This document shows, piece after piece, positions 22,275 to 32,028 of a DNA stretch of 64,000 bases (the first letter of the stretch is position 1; every line of letters begins with the position of its first letter). Position numbers and translations under genes: made by a program. The notes under the pieces are model-generated. The model did no database searches and was not told the origin of the DNA. It saw nothing but the letters and a program-made list of their open reading frames with translations. Source of the stretch: Porphyridium purpureum (Eukaryota); the NCBI GenBank assembly GCA_008690995.1, contig VRMN01000008.1, forward strand, positions 186,001 to 250,000, read 5' to 3'.

Positions 22275-25200
22275 ATGGAGCAGAGCGATGACGCGTATCG
22301 CGTGTCAGAAACTCATACGGCCGCCATCGCACAACGCGACTGGGACGTGCCTGAGGCAGATGGTGGCCAGGATTGGACGGAGAACAGCTCGGACGACTGG
22401 AAGAAACAGAGGCAAGGGCTCGGACTTCCGCTCCGCGTGCGCCGGACTGCGCACGAGTTCGTGATTGAAGACGAAACACAGCATGCAGACGAGCGGGTCA
22501 CTGCTGAGCAGCAAGAGGATTGGGAGGACCAATTCAGCTACTCTGCATTGCAAGCTGAAGATAGCGCAGGCCATGGGGCTACGAGACATAGACATGCTGC
22601 TTTAGATAGGAGCTCGTTCGCGTTTGAATCGGTACCTACCCACTTGGACAGAGGCGCACAGAATGGTCGTGACGACGCTGATGCAGATGATAACGGTGAT
22701 TTCATAAGTCCGTCACTGGAGCCAGACGAGGCAGAAAATTATGCCATGTCGGTGGCATTGCAGTATACCGACCGCTTTTCTTCTTCCGGACGTACGAGCC
22801 AGGCTCCTTCACCGTCTCGTCTGGCCTCTGTGTCATTCAGCGCCAGCGGCGGAAGTGCTCATCAGGCGGAGAGGGACGATTCTAGGCCGCACGATGATTT
22901 GAGCCCGTGGGAGTGGATCCGTGCAATGCTTCCGTCGACCGGAAAGTATCCGTCTGGCCCAAATGATCACGGCGCTACATATCATGCCGTGGCATCTGAG
23001 CCCCCCTCGTCTCAAGTCTTCGGGTACCGTACCTCAGCACCAGAGGCGAGCATGCTTTCTCAGATTTTTTTTCGGCGGAATACACAAAGCTCGGACGTTT
23101 CATTCATGAACCCGAGCGAGGTCCGTGATGCCCGCATTCGCGCGCTGAACATAGATGCCCCAGATATGGTTCCCACAGATGCTCAGCTACTGGTGAACTA
23201 CATGAATCAATCCCGTCCTGTGGAAGGCTTGTTGAATGTCTTGAGGAATGCTAAAAACCGCTTGGATGACATTGGGCGGGCGATGATGACGCATCGAGGG
23301 AACGGCCAACCTGTTCAAGATTTCTACGATGTTGGAAGTAAGCTGGAGCGCTTTCTTTTCGGGCGGCTGGTGCGCGAGTATGGCTCTGAGAATCCAGTGG
23401 AGATGCAGCTTCAAGAAGCAGCTGTAGTGGATGAAGAGGAAGAGCAGCTACAAATTTTGCGAACTCAGTTGCAAGACATGAACACGGATCTTTTCCGAGC
23501 TCGCAAGAGCTCCCTCGTGTCGCCTTGGAACTCGTCATGGTCGCTGGTTCTGTTGCCGGCGCTTCCGCTGGCGACCATGTATACGTGGATGGTCCTATCG
23601 TATGTGTATCCGATATTTTTGTCATTCGTCGTTACCTTTGGGGTACGTACGCTCTCTCTCATTGTGCTTGCATTTTTTGCGCTTCTACTCAACTATCTTG
23701 ACGATGTACGTCAAATTACATGGCTCAAGACCAGAATCTTGGAAATCGAGTACAAAGTCGTGCTGATCTCAAACTACTTTGGTGAGGCCATTCTCCGGAA
23801 CTTTACCCCGGAGATGGCGCAGAATGTTCGAGCGCGAATGTTTCGTGTGCGGGACAGGATTCTTCATTTGAATGGAAAACTTCACCGCACCTTTGGGTTT
23901 TCCTTGGTAGGGGTTTGGGTGTATCTTTTCAAGGGTTTCGTTCGGTATCGCGATATACATAATGTGCTTTGGAGCAGCCACCACGGTTCAATAGACAGCG
24001 CGGAATTGCAGGAGGATGATGGCAATGGTACCTCTGGCGCCCTCGCATCTTCCTTCCCGTCCATGCGGCGTCGTCCTTCTGTGAAGGGTGATTTTGAGGC
24101 CTTCAAGACCATTGCGGTGGAAATTCAGCTGCTGCGCATTTACGATCTGATACTGACGGATATCGTCAATTCCATTTGGGTTGAAGTCGAGATTCAAGAT
24201 GAAACGGTGTCTCGATCTGACGTATTTGATCTACCCTTGTACTTTGACGCCCAAAAGAGATCACTGAGTATCGAGTGGTCTGCGAAACTCGTATTCAACG
24301 TGGCCCTGCGCCCAAGATCTCGACATAAGAAAGAGATGGAGAAGAAAACTGCAATGGCGGGGACCGGGATACAAACCGGGGAGTCGACCAGAGACTCTGA
24401 GAGAAGAGGGTCGATCGGGGCACCAGACATGTTGTCCATGTTTGACGACAAGCGCATTCGCATGAGAATTATGGGGATTTTAGGCATACCGCTGTACAGC
24501 CCTGATGGAGCAAAGCGATATCCTTCAATGGAGGCATGCATTCAGGCATCCAAACGTGCATTGATGCGCCTCAAGTATGCCATGGGAAGACGTGTGCCCG
24601 AGTATACAGATGAGCCGCTCGAGCTCGCATGGTGTGACCTGTCAGGCAAAGCGCTGGGCGGTGGCCTTTTGCAGAAGGATCGCATCGAACATCAGGAACT
24701 AAGAATACCATTCAAGCCCGTGCACGCGCGTGAATTTGTGCTTCCTCAGAACACGGCTTGTGCAGTGCTGGACTGCAATATTTCGCTTGCGACGCTGCCG
24801 GATGTGAGTCTTTCATATGCCCTGCGCAGCTCAGAACTCAAAGGATGTGACTGGAAAGTTGCCATGCATATTTTTGAAATTCGTGGCATCGACATACCCG
24901 CAACTCACTCAGTACATAGTCCGTACGTTGAATTGCGAGCATTCGACCGCACTCGATACTCGAGCGTCGTCAGCCGCTCGTCAACTTTTGTGCTAGGCGA
25001 AACACTTCAACTGAACGGTTTATGCACGGGCAGGGAACTCGAAAAGCAGGCCGTCACGCTGCGCTTGTGGGCGAGTCGACTGGGGTTTAACGACTTGCTT
25101 ATGGGCGAGCTCACTTTCAAAGCCTCAGCAATTTACGCGCTGGCCAGCCACACGTTGTACAGTGCCTGGTTTCCATTCATGGCCGACGGGTATCGGCGCA

Positions 25201-28200
25201 TATCGGGCTTCGTAAGACTCTCGGTGTGCGTCGTACCGGCTGATGTCAAAGTGCCAAGAGCTCTGACGGATCCGGGTCCAGAAAATGACCCCGTTCTGCT
25301 TCAAGATGCGATTGTGACGTTACCTTCTTCGCGGGTTTATCGAAACACTGTGCAAGTATCGGTTGGGTTTGCCGATTTTTTGCCGTACATGGTAAAGTCA
25401 GAAGGTCAGTTTGCGCCGGACATTGTGCGATGTTACGCTGAGCTTGAGTATCCAGGACACGGCAAGGTGGTCTCCAACATTTACCCTGGCAAGATGATGC
25501 GAATTGAAGACCCAAACTTGAACGGCTGTGCCACGATTCGCGTGCAGAGAAAGGCAGATATGAATCTTGAGTTTTCACTCTCCGTGCTCTGGCCGCGTAC
25601 GGCGCAGGAGTGGAATCGGTTTCACGGCCTGATTTTCCGGCTGTGGCACCGTAATGACGTGATCAGTGAACGTCAAAAACTCATTTGCGAAATCCCTCTT
25701 GATGCCAGCCTGTTTCTACGCGGGCGTTGCACAGCGTATGTGCGAACCAAGCCAAGTGAGGGAGAGGGGACCTTACATGCAAATGCGACTGCTGACTTGC
25801 CGGGTGACCGGATAGCCCCTTATGTGAGCATGCAAAGACCGAGGTACTTTCACATGTACGGAAATGTTGAAGGGCCAATTAACCTGGACGCAACCCCGTA
25901 TGAGTACAGGGGCCGCGTACTGATGAGCTTAAGCGCTCGAGAGGATTACTCTTTGGTGCCGATGTCCGTCCGGGAAGTGTTGCGTGCACCACTGCCGCGG
26001 CCACCAATCTCCCGTTACCGGTTTCGACTCAGCATTGTTCGTGCCACAGAAATCCCCGTACCAGATGGATTTGAAATCAGCGTGAAGTGCTCGTTTGGTC
26101 CGTACGAATTTGGGCATAGTATTCCAGATCAGAAGGTGTCTGGTGCGCAGGTGACATGGCCGCAGCACGAGTCCGTCATTGACGCGGACTTTTTGCAGTT
26201 TCCTGAGGATATACTGCAGATCCCAGACTTGTTCATTACGCTGCTGACCCTGCCGAAAATCAGGTACACGGAGTACTCGAGGCGCGAATACCTGGACGGC
26301 CTGTCGCGAGGAAAAATCAGAAAGTCTTATGCTGGAGACCCGGCAAGAAGGCACATCATCAATGACCGCACGGCGCTGGTGCCTGTGACGGAGGATCGTC
26401 AGTGGCGGCGCCTGTCATTCATTCGACTGACTGCGCATTACGTGCTGTGCTCGCCATTCATCTCGAGATGGATGTACATGGACTTTCCAGGCACCACAGA
26501 CTTGCACTCCGAGAAAGTGCCCGGCAGTCTTTTGTTTGCCATTGAATTATGCAGCAGTAAGAGCGAAAATGAAGGCGGTACTTCTGATGTGAGCTCGGTC
26601 CGGGATTCAACTGCATTCCGTGATGACAGTACAAGGTCAGCCGTTGGCAGTCATCCGGGGATGGATTCAGATGGGCGGGAGCTCGGACCCAGTGCTTCAC
26701 AGCTCAATATGGACGGAGCCAAACTTTCTTTGCGTGGTCAACATCAAGGTTTTGCAGGCGACACTTCTCCGCCGCAGGGACATCCAAGCTCGTCGATGGC
26801 ATCCTTCAATGGCGCGCGAAGTAAGGCTTGGAGCCACGTACCGGCGAAACTGTATCAGAGCCGCGCTGACGGGATTGAAATTGCGCATAGTGCGTCAGAG
26901 GCGGCCAAGCAAGCGTCCACAGCTTCTGAAGGGGCAACAATATCATCTGGAGATACACGATTTCCTGCAGCATGTGCAGAGGTGGTCTTCTCAACTGCAG
27001 CACACGCTGCGAAGGATGTCATTTCATCAGCTGCTCGCGCTGTCCGTCTCTCGAAACAGGAGCCAGCACCCGTCTCTATTCCAGCAGCGTCCTCTTCCGA
27101 CAAAACTCACGCCGCGGAACCGGTCACTTTGCCATCCTCTCGGTGGAATTCGAATGGGCAGTCATTGGCGCGTCCTTTTACGACCCTTGCAACGCCCGAG
27201 GCTCACTCGTATGGCGGTGTCGCAGAGCGTCATCGCATGAATCTTTCGGATCGACAATCTCGCAGTGGTGCAACAGGCTCGGCTGCGACGACCATGAGAA
27301 GGACTATCCGAGGGGATTTGCTTGCTTTTATCATCAGAGGAAAAAATATTCCAGCGGCAGATGCATCGGGACTGTCAGATCCTTTTGTAGTTCTCAGCAT
27401 TGGTAACCGACGACAGAAAGGGAAAGTTGTGTGTTGGCAGACAGTTGCACCTGTCTGGAAAGAAATTATGCTGATTGAGAATGTTGAATGGCTTGAAGGC
27501 GAGTCGCGACCGAATTTGAACATCATTTTGTATGATTGGAACGAGACCAAAGTACAGTATCTAGGTCGTGCAATCATCAATGCTGAGAACCTCGACGAAC
27601 GTCCACCGTCCGTGGAAACCGCAAAGTGGCATTCAGTCTTCACGACGAACCCGGTCTATCCTGTCGGGGAGATTCTGGCCGATTTCCAACTCATCCAGAA
27701 ATCTGGCCCGGGCAGCGGTCACCGCGAGGATCTATCCGCTTTATTTACCACCAGGATCGTAGCCCCAACGTTTTCTTCATCTTCAAAGAGCGGTCGCGAG
27801 CTCCCAATTCGACACGAGCCAACCGTGGCGGCGACTTTGTCTCTTGACTTGCTGCCAAAAATGGTGACGCGAACAATTATGGTGACATTTGTTGGCTTGG
27901 AAAAGGTACGTCTGCTGCGTAAGCCACATGGACGTTTCTTCGTGGACGTGTCGCTTTCTCCGAAGGAGGAGCTGCGCCCGTTGTACACGCTCCGGTCGCG
28001 TTTCGGAAAGATTACTCAAACTGATGAGTACGTAGGGAGCTGCGCCCTGATTGACTGCCTCGTCCTGCGCGCGCAATTTCCTGCAGAGCTTGCACATTCA
28101 GATTTATTTCCTTCGGTGAACCTCTTTGTTTACGTGCAGTTTGACTATCGGCATGAGCCGGAGCTCGTGGGCACGCGAACGGTGTTGGTCAGCGAACTTC

Positions 28201-30680
28201 TGCAAGAAGGACGTGCAAGCGTGCGCACTGCCGAAGACGTGTCACACACGCTTCGGCTTTGGTCACGTGTCTCAATCGAGCGCGACCGGGAGCCACTGCT
28301 ACGGCTCTTGGAGTGTGGGGTCACGCTAAAGCCATCAGTCATGGAGCAGCTCGAGCCATTTCTTTGCTCCTCACTGAGAGAATCGAACATAAGAGTGAAG
28401 TCTTCGAATCGTGGGTGGAGTCGCAAGGACGTTTGGATCAGGAGATCGCCGTCCGCGGACGCCACTGCCCTTTCGAAGACAAAGAGGAAGGCTGCTATGA
28501 AGGGATACGGGCTCTTTGGCCGTTTTGAGCCCCTTTTTATCTTTCATGAAGCCGTGCGAAGCCGCGTCGGTAAAATACGCGAAGCGCTCTGGCGGTTCTG
28601 GAGACATATATTGACGTCGGTGTCTCAGGTGATGCCTGATGCCGCGGAACTTGTCGGGCTGACTGTCCTGAACATGTACACGAGCGCGCAGGAGGCAGAC
28701 TATGCAGGGTTTTCATCACCAGGTGCGATGGGCGATGCAGATGAAGACGAAAGTGTCGGAGAAGAAGATGATGATGACGAGCGTTCCGGAAAAGCGGGCG
28801 AGAAGGCAGGCAAACGACGAGAATTCTCGGAAGAAAGCGAGACGCGATGGGACGATACTTCGATTTTGCGGAAGAAACATGGTTATATCCCCGAAGAAAT
28901 AGAAAGCGTGGCTGGTTTTATACGGGTCTTTACGAAGGTCGGGATTCGAAGAGGTGACAACCGGCGCCCGGCAGAAGAGCTTGTGCACATGACTGCGGAG
29001 CAGCGAAACGAGATTCTGAAAGAGCGACGCGTTTTGGGAGAGCCGAGTCAGGTCCAGATCGAAGTGGACCATCTCATCCGCGCAGGACGCACTCCGGATT
29101 ATGGTTCAGTGAGTTTGCGCGTCGATGTGTTTCAAGATGTAGATGGGCATGATATGGACGAGATGCGACGCTTGCGGTCCGTCTCGCTGCGCGCTCTTGG
29201 AACCTGGTTTCAGCCGCGCTCCGTGATGTGCCGTCTATATCTGCTCGTGGGTCGCAATCTGCTTCGACGTCACGCCACATGCAACTCGTATGCAAACGTC
29301 TACTTTCATGGCGGCACGCCGCGAATGTATACCTCACGAAGAACTCCTGTCTACAAGTCATTTGATCCGGCTTTCTTTGTCATGTTCCAGAGCCTCATCG
29401 CCATGCCCGGTGGAAGTGTCGATATTGAGATCCGCAACAAGGTTGATCCTCAAGTATCGATCCCGGTACGCTTCCCTTGGTACATTCGAGAGCATGGTGC
29501 AGCCGGTGCGGCGGGTCTGGGCTTCATCAGCAACGAACTCGATATCAATTTCGGTCAAATCGGATTGGGGTGGGATGAGACAATTGGCGTCTGTCAAGTC
29601 AGTCTGAATGATCGCTGGTATAATCCTTGTTGGCGCGCTATGCAGTGCGTGCCCGTAGAAACACGGCTGCTGCTGTCGGAGAAGTCCCCGCATGCACAGG
29701 GGCGCGTCGACATCATGCTTGAAATGATGGACGCCGAAGAGTATGAAAAGGCACCGCGATTATACCCGCCAGTGCAGCTGAGCATTCCTCCGCGCCGCAA
29801 CTTTATGCTTCGCTGTGTAGTCTTTGACATTTCTGAGGTGCATCTGCCGTTCATGCTTTCAGATGACGTGAACAAGTTTGCCAACTTTTTTGTGCACTTG
29901 CGGCTGGGCAACGAGCCTTCCGAGGCACGCCGCACGGATATTTGCAAGTATTCGACGGACGGTTCCGCGCAATTCAACTGGCGCGTAGGGTGGAAAATCC
30001 AGCTGCCTGATCTGGTGCTGAAACCACGCCTTAAACTGCAAGTCTACGAGACGGGTCCACGTCTTGGGGGTGAAAGTCGATTGTGCTGTGTGGCCGATAT
30101 ACGACTTCGTGGCCTCTTCCAGGAAGCGCTGCAAATTTCGGAAAGCGAAAGCGTAGTGCGCGTGCGGCAAAAGGTACTGATGAAGCACCCCAGCTATCCG
30201 GAAGTGCTTGCGTATGCTCAAGTAAGTCTGGAGATCATTCCCGAGGGGCAAGCGGCGCTCAAGCGGTGCAATTACGGCGAAGCCGGCCGCGAGTTTAATC
30301 AACACGAAGATTACATCCTGCCGCCACCATTTCGACCGGCGCCATTCAGCATTGTGAATCCGTCGCCATACTTTTCGTACAGCTTTCGAAAGATCCTCGT
30401 CTGGGCCAACGAGGAGCTTGTGACCGTAAGTCTCCTCGTCCCGTTGATCCTGTTGGGGATTCAGCTGCTTTGGTACACTCCGTGGCAATGGTATTTGATC
30501 AGTGGCATCATCGGCCTCGTGCTGTTTCTTCGTGTCGCATACTTGCAAAGAAAGCGCCGTCGGGTCATCTTTGACGGCGTCCGCGCTCGTGCAGTCGAAA
30601 AGCAGCGCGCTAGGGACGACCAAGCCCGCGACCAAGAGAAGATTTTCAAGGGCGTCTCTTGGGTGGGTAAGGCTATCTAG
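22275..30680 (+). CDS. Ferlin-like multi-C2-domain membrane protein (~2800 aa, intronless)
   Basis: C2 motif ADASGLSDPFVV; ferlin C2E-like IGVCQVSLNDRW...VETRLL...QGRVDI; C2F-like LRCVVF...RTDICKYSTDGSAQFNWR; C-terminal hydrophobic segments. Start uncertain (22107 or 22275). Confidence 0.85.
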   Translation: MEQSDDAYRVSETHTAAIAQRDWDVPEADGGQDWTENSSDDWKKQRQGLGLPLRVRRTAHEFVIEDETQHADERVTAEQQEDWEDQFSYSALQAEDSAGHGATRHRHAALDRSSFAFESVPTHLDRGAQNGRDDADADDNGDFISPSLEPDEAENYAMSVALQYTDRFSSSGRTSQAPSPSRLASVSFSASGGSAHQAERDDSRPHDDLSPWEWIRAMLPSTGKYPSGPNDHGATYHAVASEPPSSQVFGYRTSAPEASMLSQIFFRRNTQSSDVSFMNPSEVRDARIRALNIDAPDMVPTDAQLLVNYMNQSRPVEGLLNVLRNAKNRLDDIGRAMMTHRGNGQPVQDFYDVGSKLERFLFGRLVREYGSENPVEMQLQEAAVVDEEEEQLQILRTQLQDMNTDLFRARKSSLVSPWNSSWSLVLLPALPLATMYTWMVLSYVYPIFLSFVVTFGVRTLSLIVLAFFALLLNYLDDVRQITWLKTRILEIEYKVVLISNYFGEAILRNFTPEMAQNVRARMFRVRDRILHLNGKLHRTFGFSLVGVWVYLFKGFVRYRDIHNVLWSSHHGSIDSAELQEDDGNGTSGALASSFPSMRRRPSVKGDFEAFKTIAVEIQLLRIYDLILTDIVNSIWVEVEIQDETVSRSDVFDLPLYFDAQKRSLSIEWSAKLVFNVALRPRSRHKKEMEKKTAMAGTGIQTGESTRDSERRGSIGAPDMLSMFDDKRIRMRIMGILGIPLYSPDGAKRYPSMEACIQASKRALMRLKYAMGRRVPEYTDEPLELAWCDLSGKALGGGLLQKDRIEHQELRIPFKPVHAREFVLPQNTACAVLDCNISLATLPDVSLSYALRSSELKGCDWKVAMHIFEIRGIDIPATHSVHSPYVELRAFDRTRYSSVVSRSSTFVLGETLQLNGLCTGRELEKQAVTLRLWASRLGFNDLLMGELTFKASAIYALASHTLYSAWFPFMADGYRRISGFVRLSVCVVPADVKVPRALTDPGPENDPVLLQDAIVTLPSSRVYRNTVQVSVGFADFLPYMVKSEGQFAPDIVRCYAELEYPGHGKVVSNIYPGKMMRIEDPNLNGCATIRVQRKADMNLEFSLSVLWPRTAQEWNRFHGLIFRLWHRNDVISERQKLICEIPLDASLFLRGRCTAYVRTKPSEGEGTLHANATADLPGDRIAPYVSMQRPRYFHMYGNVEGPINLDATPYEYRGRVLMSLSAREDYSLVPMSVREVLRAPLPRPPISRYRFRLSIVRATEIPVPDGFEISVKCSFGPYEFGHSIPDQKVSGAQVTWPQHESVIDADFLQFPEDILQIPDLFITLLTLPKIRYTEYSRREYLDGLSRGKIRKSYAGDPARRHIINDRTALVPVTEDRQWRRLSFIRLTAHYVLCSPFISRWMYMDFPGTTDLHSEKVPGSLLFAIELCSSKSENEGGTSDVSSVRDSTAFRDDSTRSAVGSHPGMDSDGRELGPSASQLNMDGAKLSLRGQHQGFAGDTSPPQGHPSSSMASFNGARSKAWSHVPAKLYQSRADGIEIAHSASEAAKQASTASEGATISSGDTRFPAACAEVVFSTAAHAAKDVISSAARAVRLSKQEPAPVSIPAASSSDKTHAAEPVTLPSSRWNSNGQSLARPFTTLATPEAHSYGGVAERHRMNLSDRQSRSGATGSAATTMRRTIRGDLLAFIIRGKNIPAADASGLSDPFVVLSIGNRRQKGKVVCWQTVAPVWKEIMLIENVEWLEGESRPNLNIILYDWNETKVQYLGRAIINAENLDERPPSVETAKWHSVFTTNPVYPVGEILADFQLIQKSGPGSGHREDLSALFTTRIVAPTFSSSSKSGRELPIRHEPTVAATLSLDLLPKMVTRTIMVTFVGLEKVRLLRKPHGRFFVDVSLSPKEELRPLYTLRSRFGKITQTDEYVGSCALIDCLVLRAQFPAELAHSDLFPSVNLFVYVQFDYRHEPELVGTRTVLVSELLQEGRASVRTAEDVSHTLRLWSRVSIERDREPLLRLLECGVTLKPSVMEQLEPFLCSSLRESNIRVKSSNRGWSRKDVWIRRSPSADATALSKTKRKAAMKGYGLFGRFEPLFIFHEAVRSRVGKIREALWRFWRHILTSVSQVMPDAAELVGLTVLNMYTSAQEADYAGFSSPGAMGDADEDESVGEEDDDDERSGKAGEKAGKRREFSEESETRWDDTSILRKKHGYIPEEIESVAGFIRVFTKVGIRRGDNRRPAEELVHMTAEQRNEILKERRVLGEPSQVQIEVDHLIRAGRTPDYGSVSLRVDVFQDVDGHDMDEMRRLRSVSLRALGTWFQPRSVMCRLYLLVGRNLLRRHATCNSYANVYFHGGTPRMYTSRRTPVYKSFDPAFFVMFQSLIAMPGGSVDIEIRNKVDPQVSIPVRFPWYIREHGAAGAAGLGFISNELDINFGQIGLGWDETIGVCQVSLNDRWYNPCWRAMQCVPVETRLLLSEKSPHAQGRVDIMLEMMDAEEYEKAPRLYPPVQLSIPPRRNFMLRCVVFDISEVHLPFMLSDDVNKFANFFVHLRLGNEPSEARRTDICKYSTDGSAQFNWRVGWKIQLPDLVLKPRLKLQVYETGPRLGGESRLCCVADIRLRGLFQEALQISESESVVRVRQKVLMKHPSYPEVLAYAQVSLEIIPEGQAALKRCNYGEAGREFNQHEDYILPPPFRPAPFSIVNPSPYFSYSFRKILVWANEELVTVSLLVPLILLGIQLLWYTPWQWYLISGIIGLVLFLRVAYLQRKRRRVIFDGVRARAVEKQRARDDQARDQEKIFKGVSWVGKAI

Positions 30681-30872
30681 TATCCGTGTGGACGGCTTCA
30701 GGCATAGCGAGCACAGCCGTCAAACGGTGGGTGCCGTGCTGGCTGAGTAGGTTCCCGCGCTTTCTTTTCTGCCAGGAACGAATTTCTTCGATTTCTAATT
30801 CAGAAAAAGTATAAAAGCACGACGCTGGCGTTTCTGTGGCGAAGGTTGGGTCTGTCCGGTTGTGGTTTGAGC

Positions 30873-31856
30873 ATGCAGTCTACAGACGCTGATGAAAAGT
30901 GCAAGACCGCAGCCTACACGGCTGCATGCGCGTCTCTAGGCCTGGATGCCAGGCGGGATGGTGTATTCACTGAAGCCGCAATTCGCAAGGCGTACAAGGT
31001 GCGCGCGCTGGCCTGCCATCCAGACCGACAACGGAGCGAGGACGCGAAACGCGCCGCACACAAGCAGTTTACAGATCTGTTTGTTGCATACGAACTTTTG
31101 TTAGACTCCGACTTTCGCGCGCTCGGTGCGGGAAACAACAAGCACGGGCTCGAACAACCCCTTACGACCGAGAAAACGTGGACCGCCGATGTGCGTCGTG
31201 TTGACTTTGACCACGCGCGGCGGACCCAGTTGTACAATGACCTAGTCAGGAAAGAGACGCAGGCGCAAGCACATGCCGACGCCGAAGAATGCGAGCAGAG
31301 GATGCGCGAGAGACTGCGACGGGAACTGGAGGTCCTCAGTCGCGAGCTGACAGAACAGCTTGACGTGTCTGTTATCCCGGTTCACAATGATGCTGTGGTC
31401 GTGAAAACGGAGCAGGAGAAAGACGAAGCCAGATTTGCCCACATTCTGAAGCTGAGACGGAACGCACACGTCTCGCCGGATGTTGCGTTGAGTGCTGCAC
31501 AGCTGCAGGATTGGATATATTCCGTCTTTCACGTGCCGTCGGACGTGGTTGTGGGATTTAAGGGAGATACTGTGCTTGTGCGGTTCACAAACGCCGCGTC
31601 CTGCAAGCGTGTGGCGAGCGCAACCACGCTGCTTGCTCAAAAGCATCTAGCAGTTGCCAGCCTCAAGACAAGAAAGCGAAAGGACACAGTGAAGGAAGAC
31701 AGCACCTCTCGTGGAGGTCAAGCGCACGTAAACTCCGAGCCTGGATTCGGGCGAACGCAGCACTTTAATTTCGGGACAGAACTTGACGCATACGAGCACG
31801 AAACTATGAACAGGATACAGAGGCGCAAGTTGGCTGATGGAGAATCGCACCGGTAG
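30873..31856 (+). CDS. J-domain protein, DNAJC17/Cwc23-like, with degenerate RRM-like region
   Basis: IRKAYKVRALACHPD J-domain, coiled region, RRM-like TVLVRF, C-terminal YEHETMNRIQRR; TATAAAA at 30810-30816. Confidence 0.8.
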   Translation: MQSTDADEKCKTAAYTAACASLGLDARRDGVFTEAAIRKAYKVRALACHPDRQRSEDAKRAAHKQFTDLFVAYELLLDSDFRALGAGNNKHGLEQPLTTEKTWTADVRRVDFDHARRTQLYNDLVRKETQAQAHADAEECEQRMRERLRRELEVLSRELTEQLDVSVIPVHNDAVVVKTEQEKDEARFAHILKLRRNAHVSPDVALSAAQLQDWIYSVFHVPSDVVVGFKGDTVLVRFTNAASCKRVASATTLLAQKHLAVASLKTRKRKDTVKEDSTSRGGQAHVNSEPGFGRTQHFNFGTELDAYEHETMNRIQRRKLADGESHR

Positions 31857-32028
31857 CCACGCAAAATAGAATAACCTATTGGCATAACAAGTCATATGCA
31901 GCGCACTTGCGGCTCACAAGAATCAGAACAAGCTCCTGAACCAGCCTTACGTACAAGAAGCTTTAGACCACGGCAAAAGCCTTGAGCGCAGTCATCCTAA
32001 TGCCTGTTCCGGCAAGCTTCACGACAAC

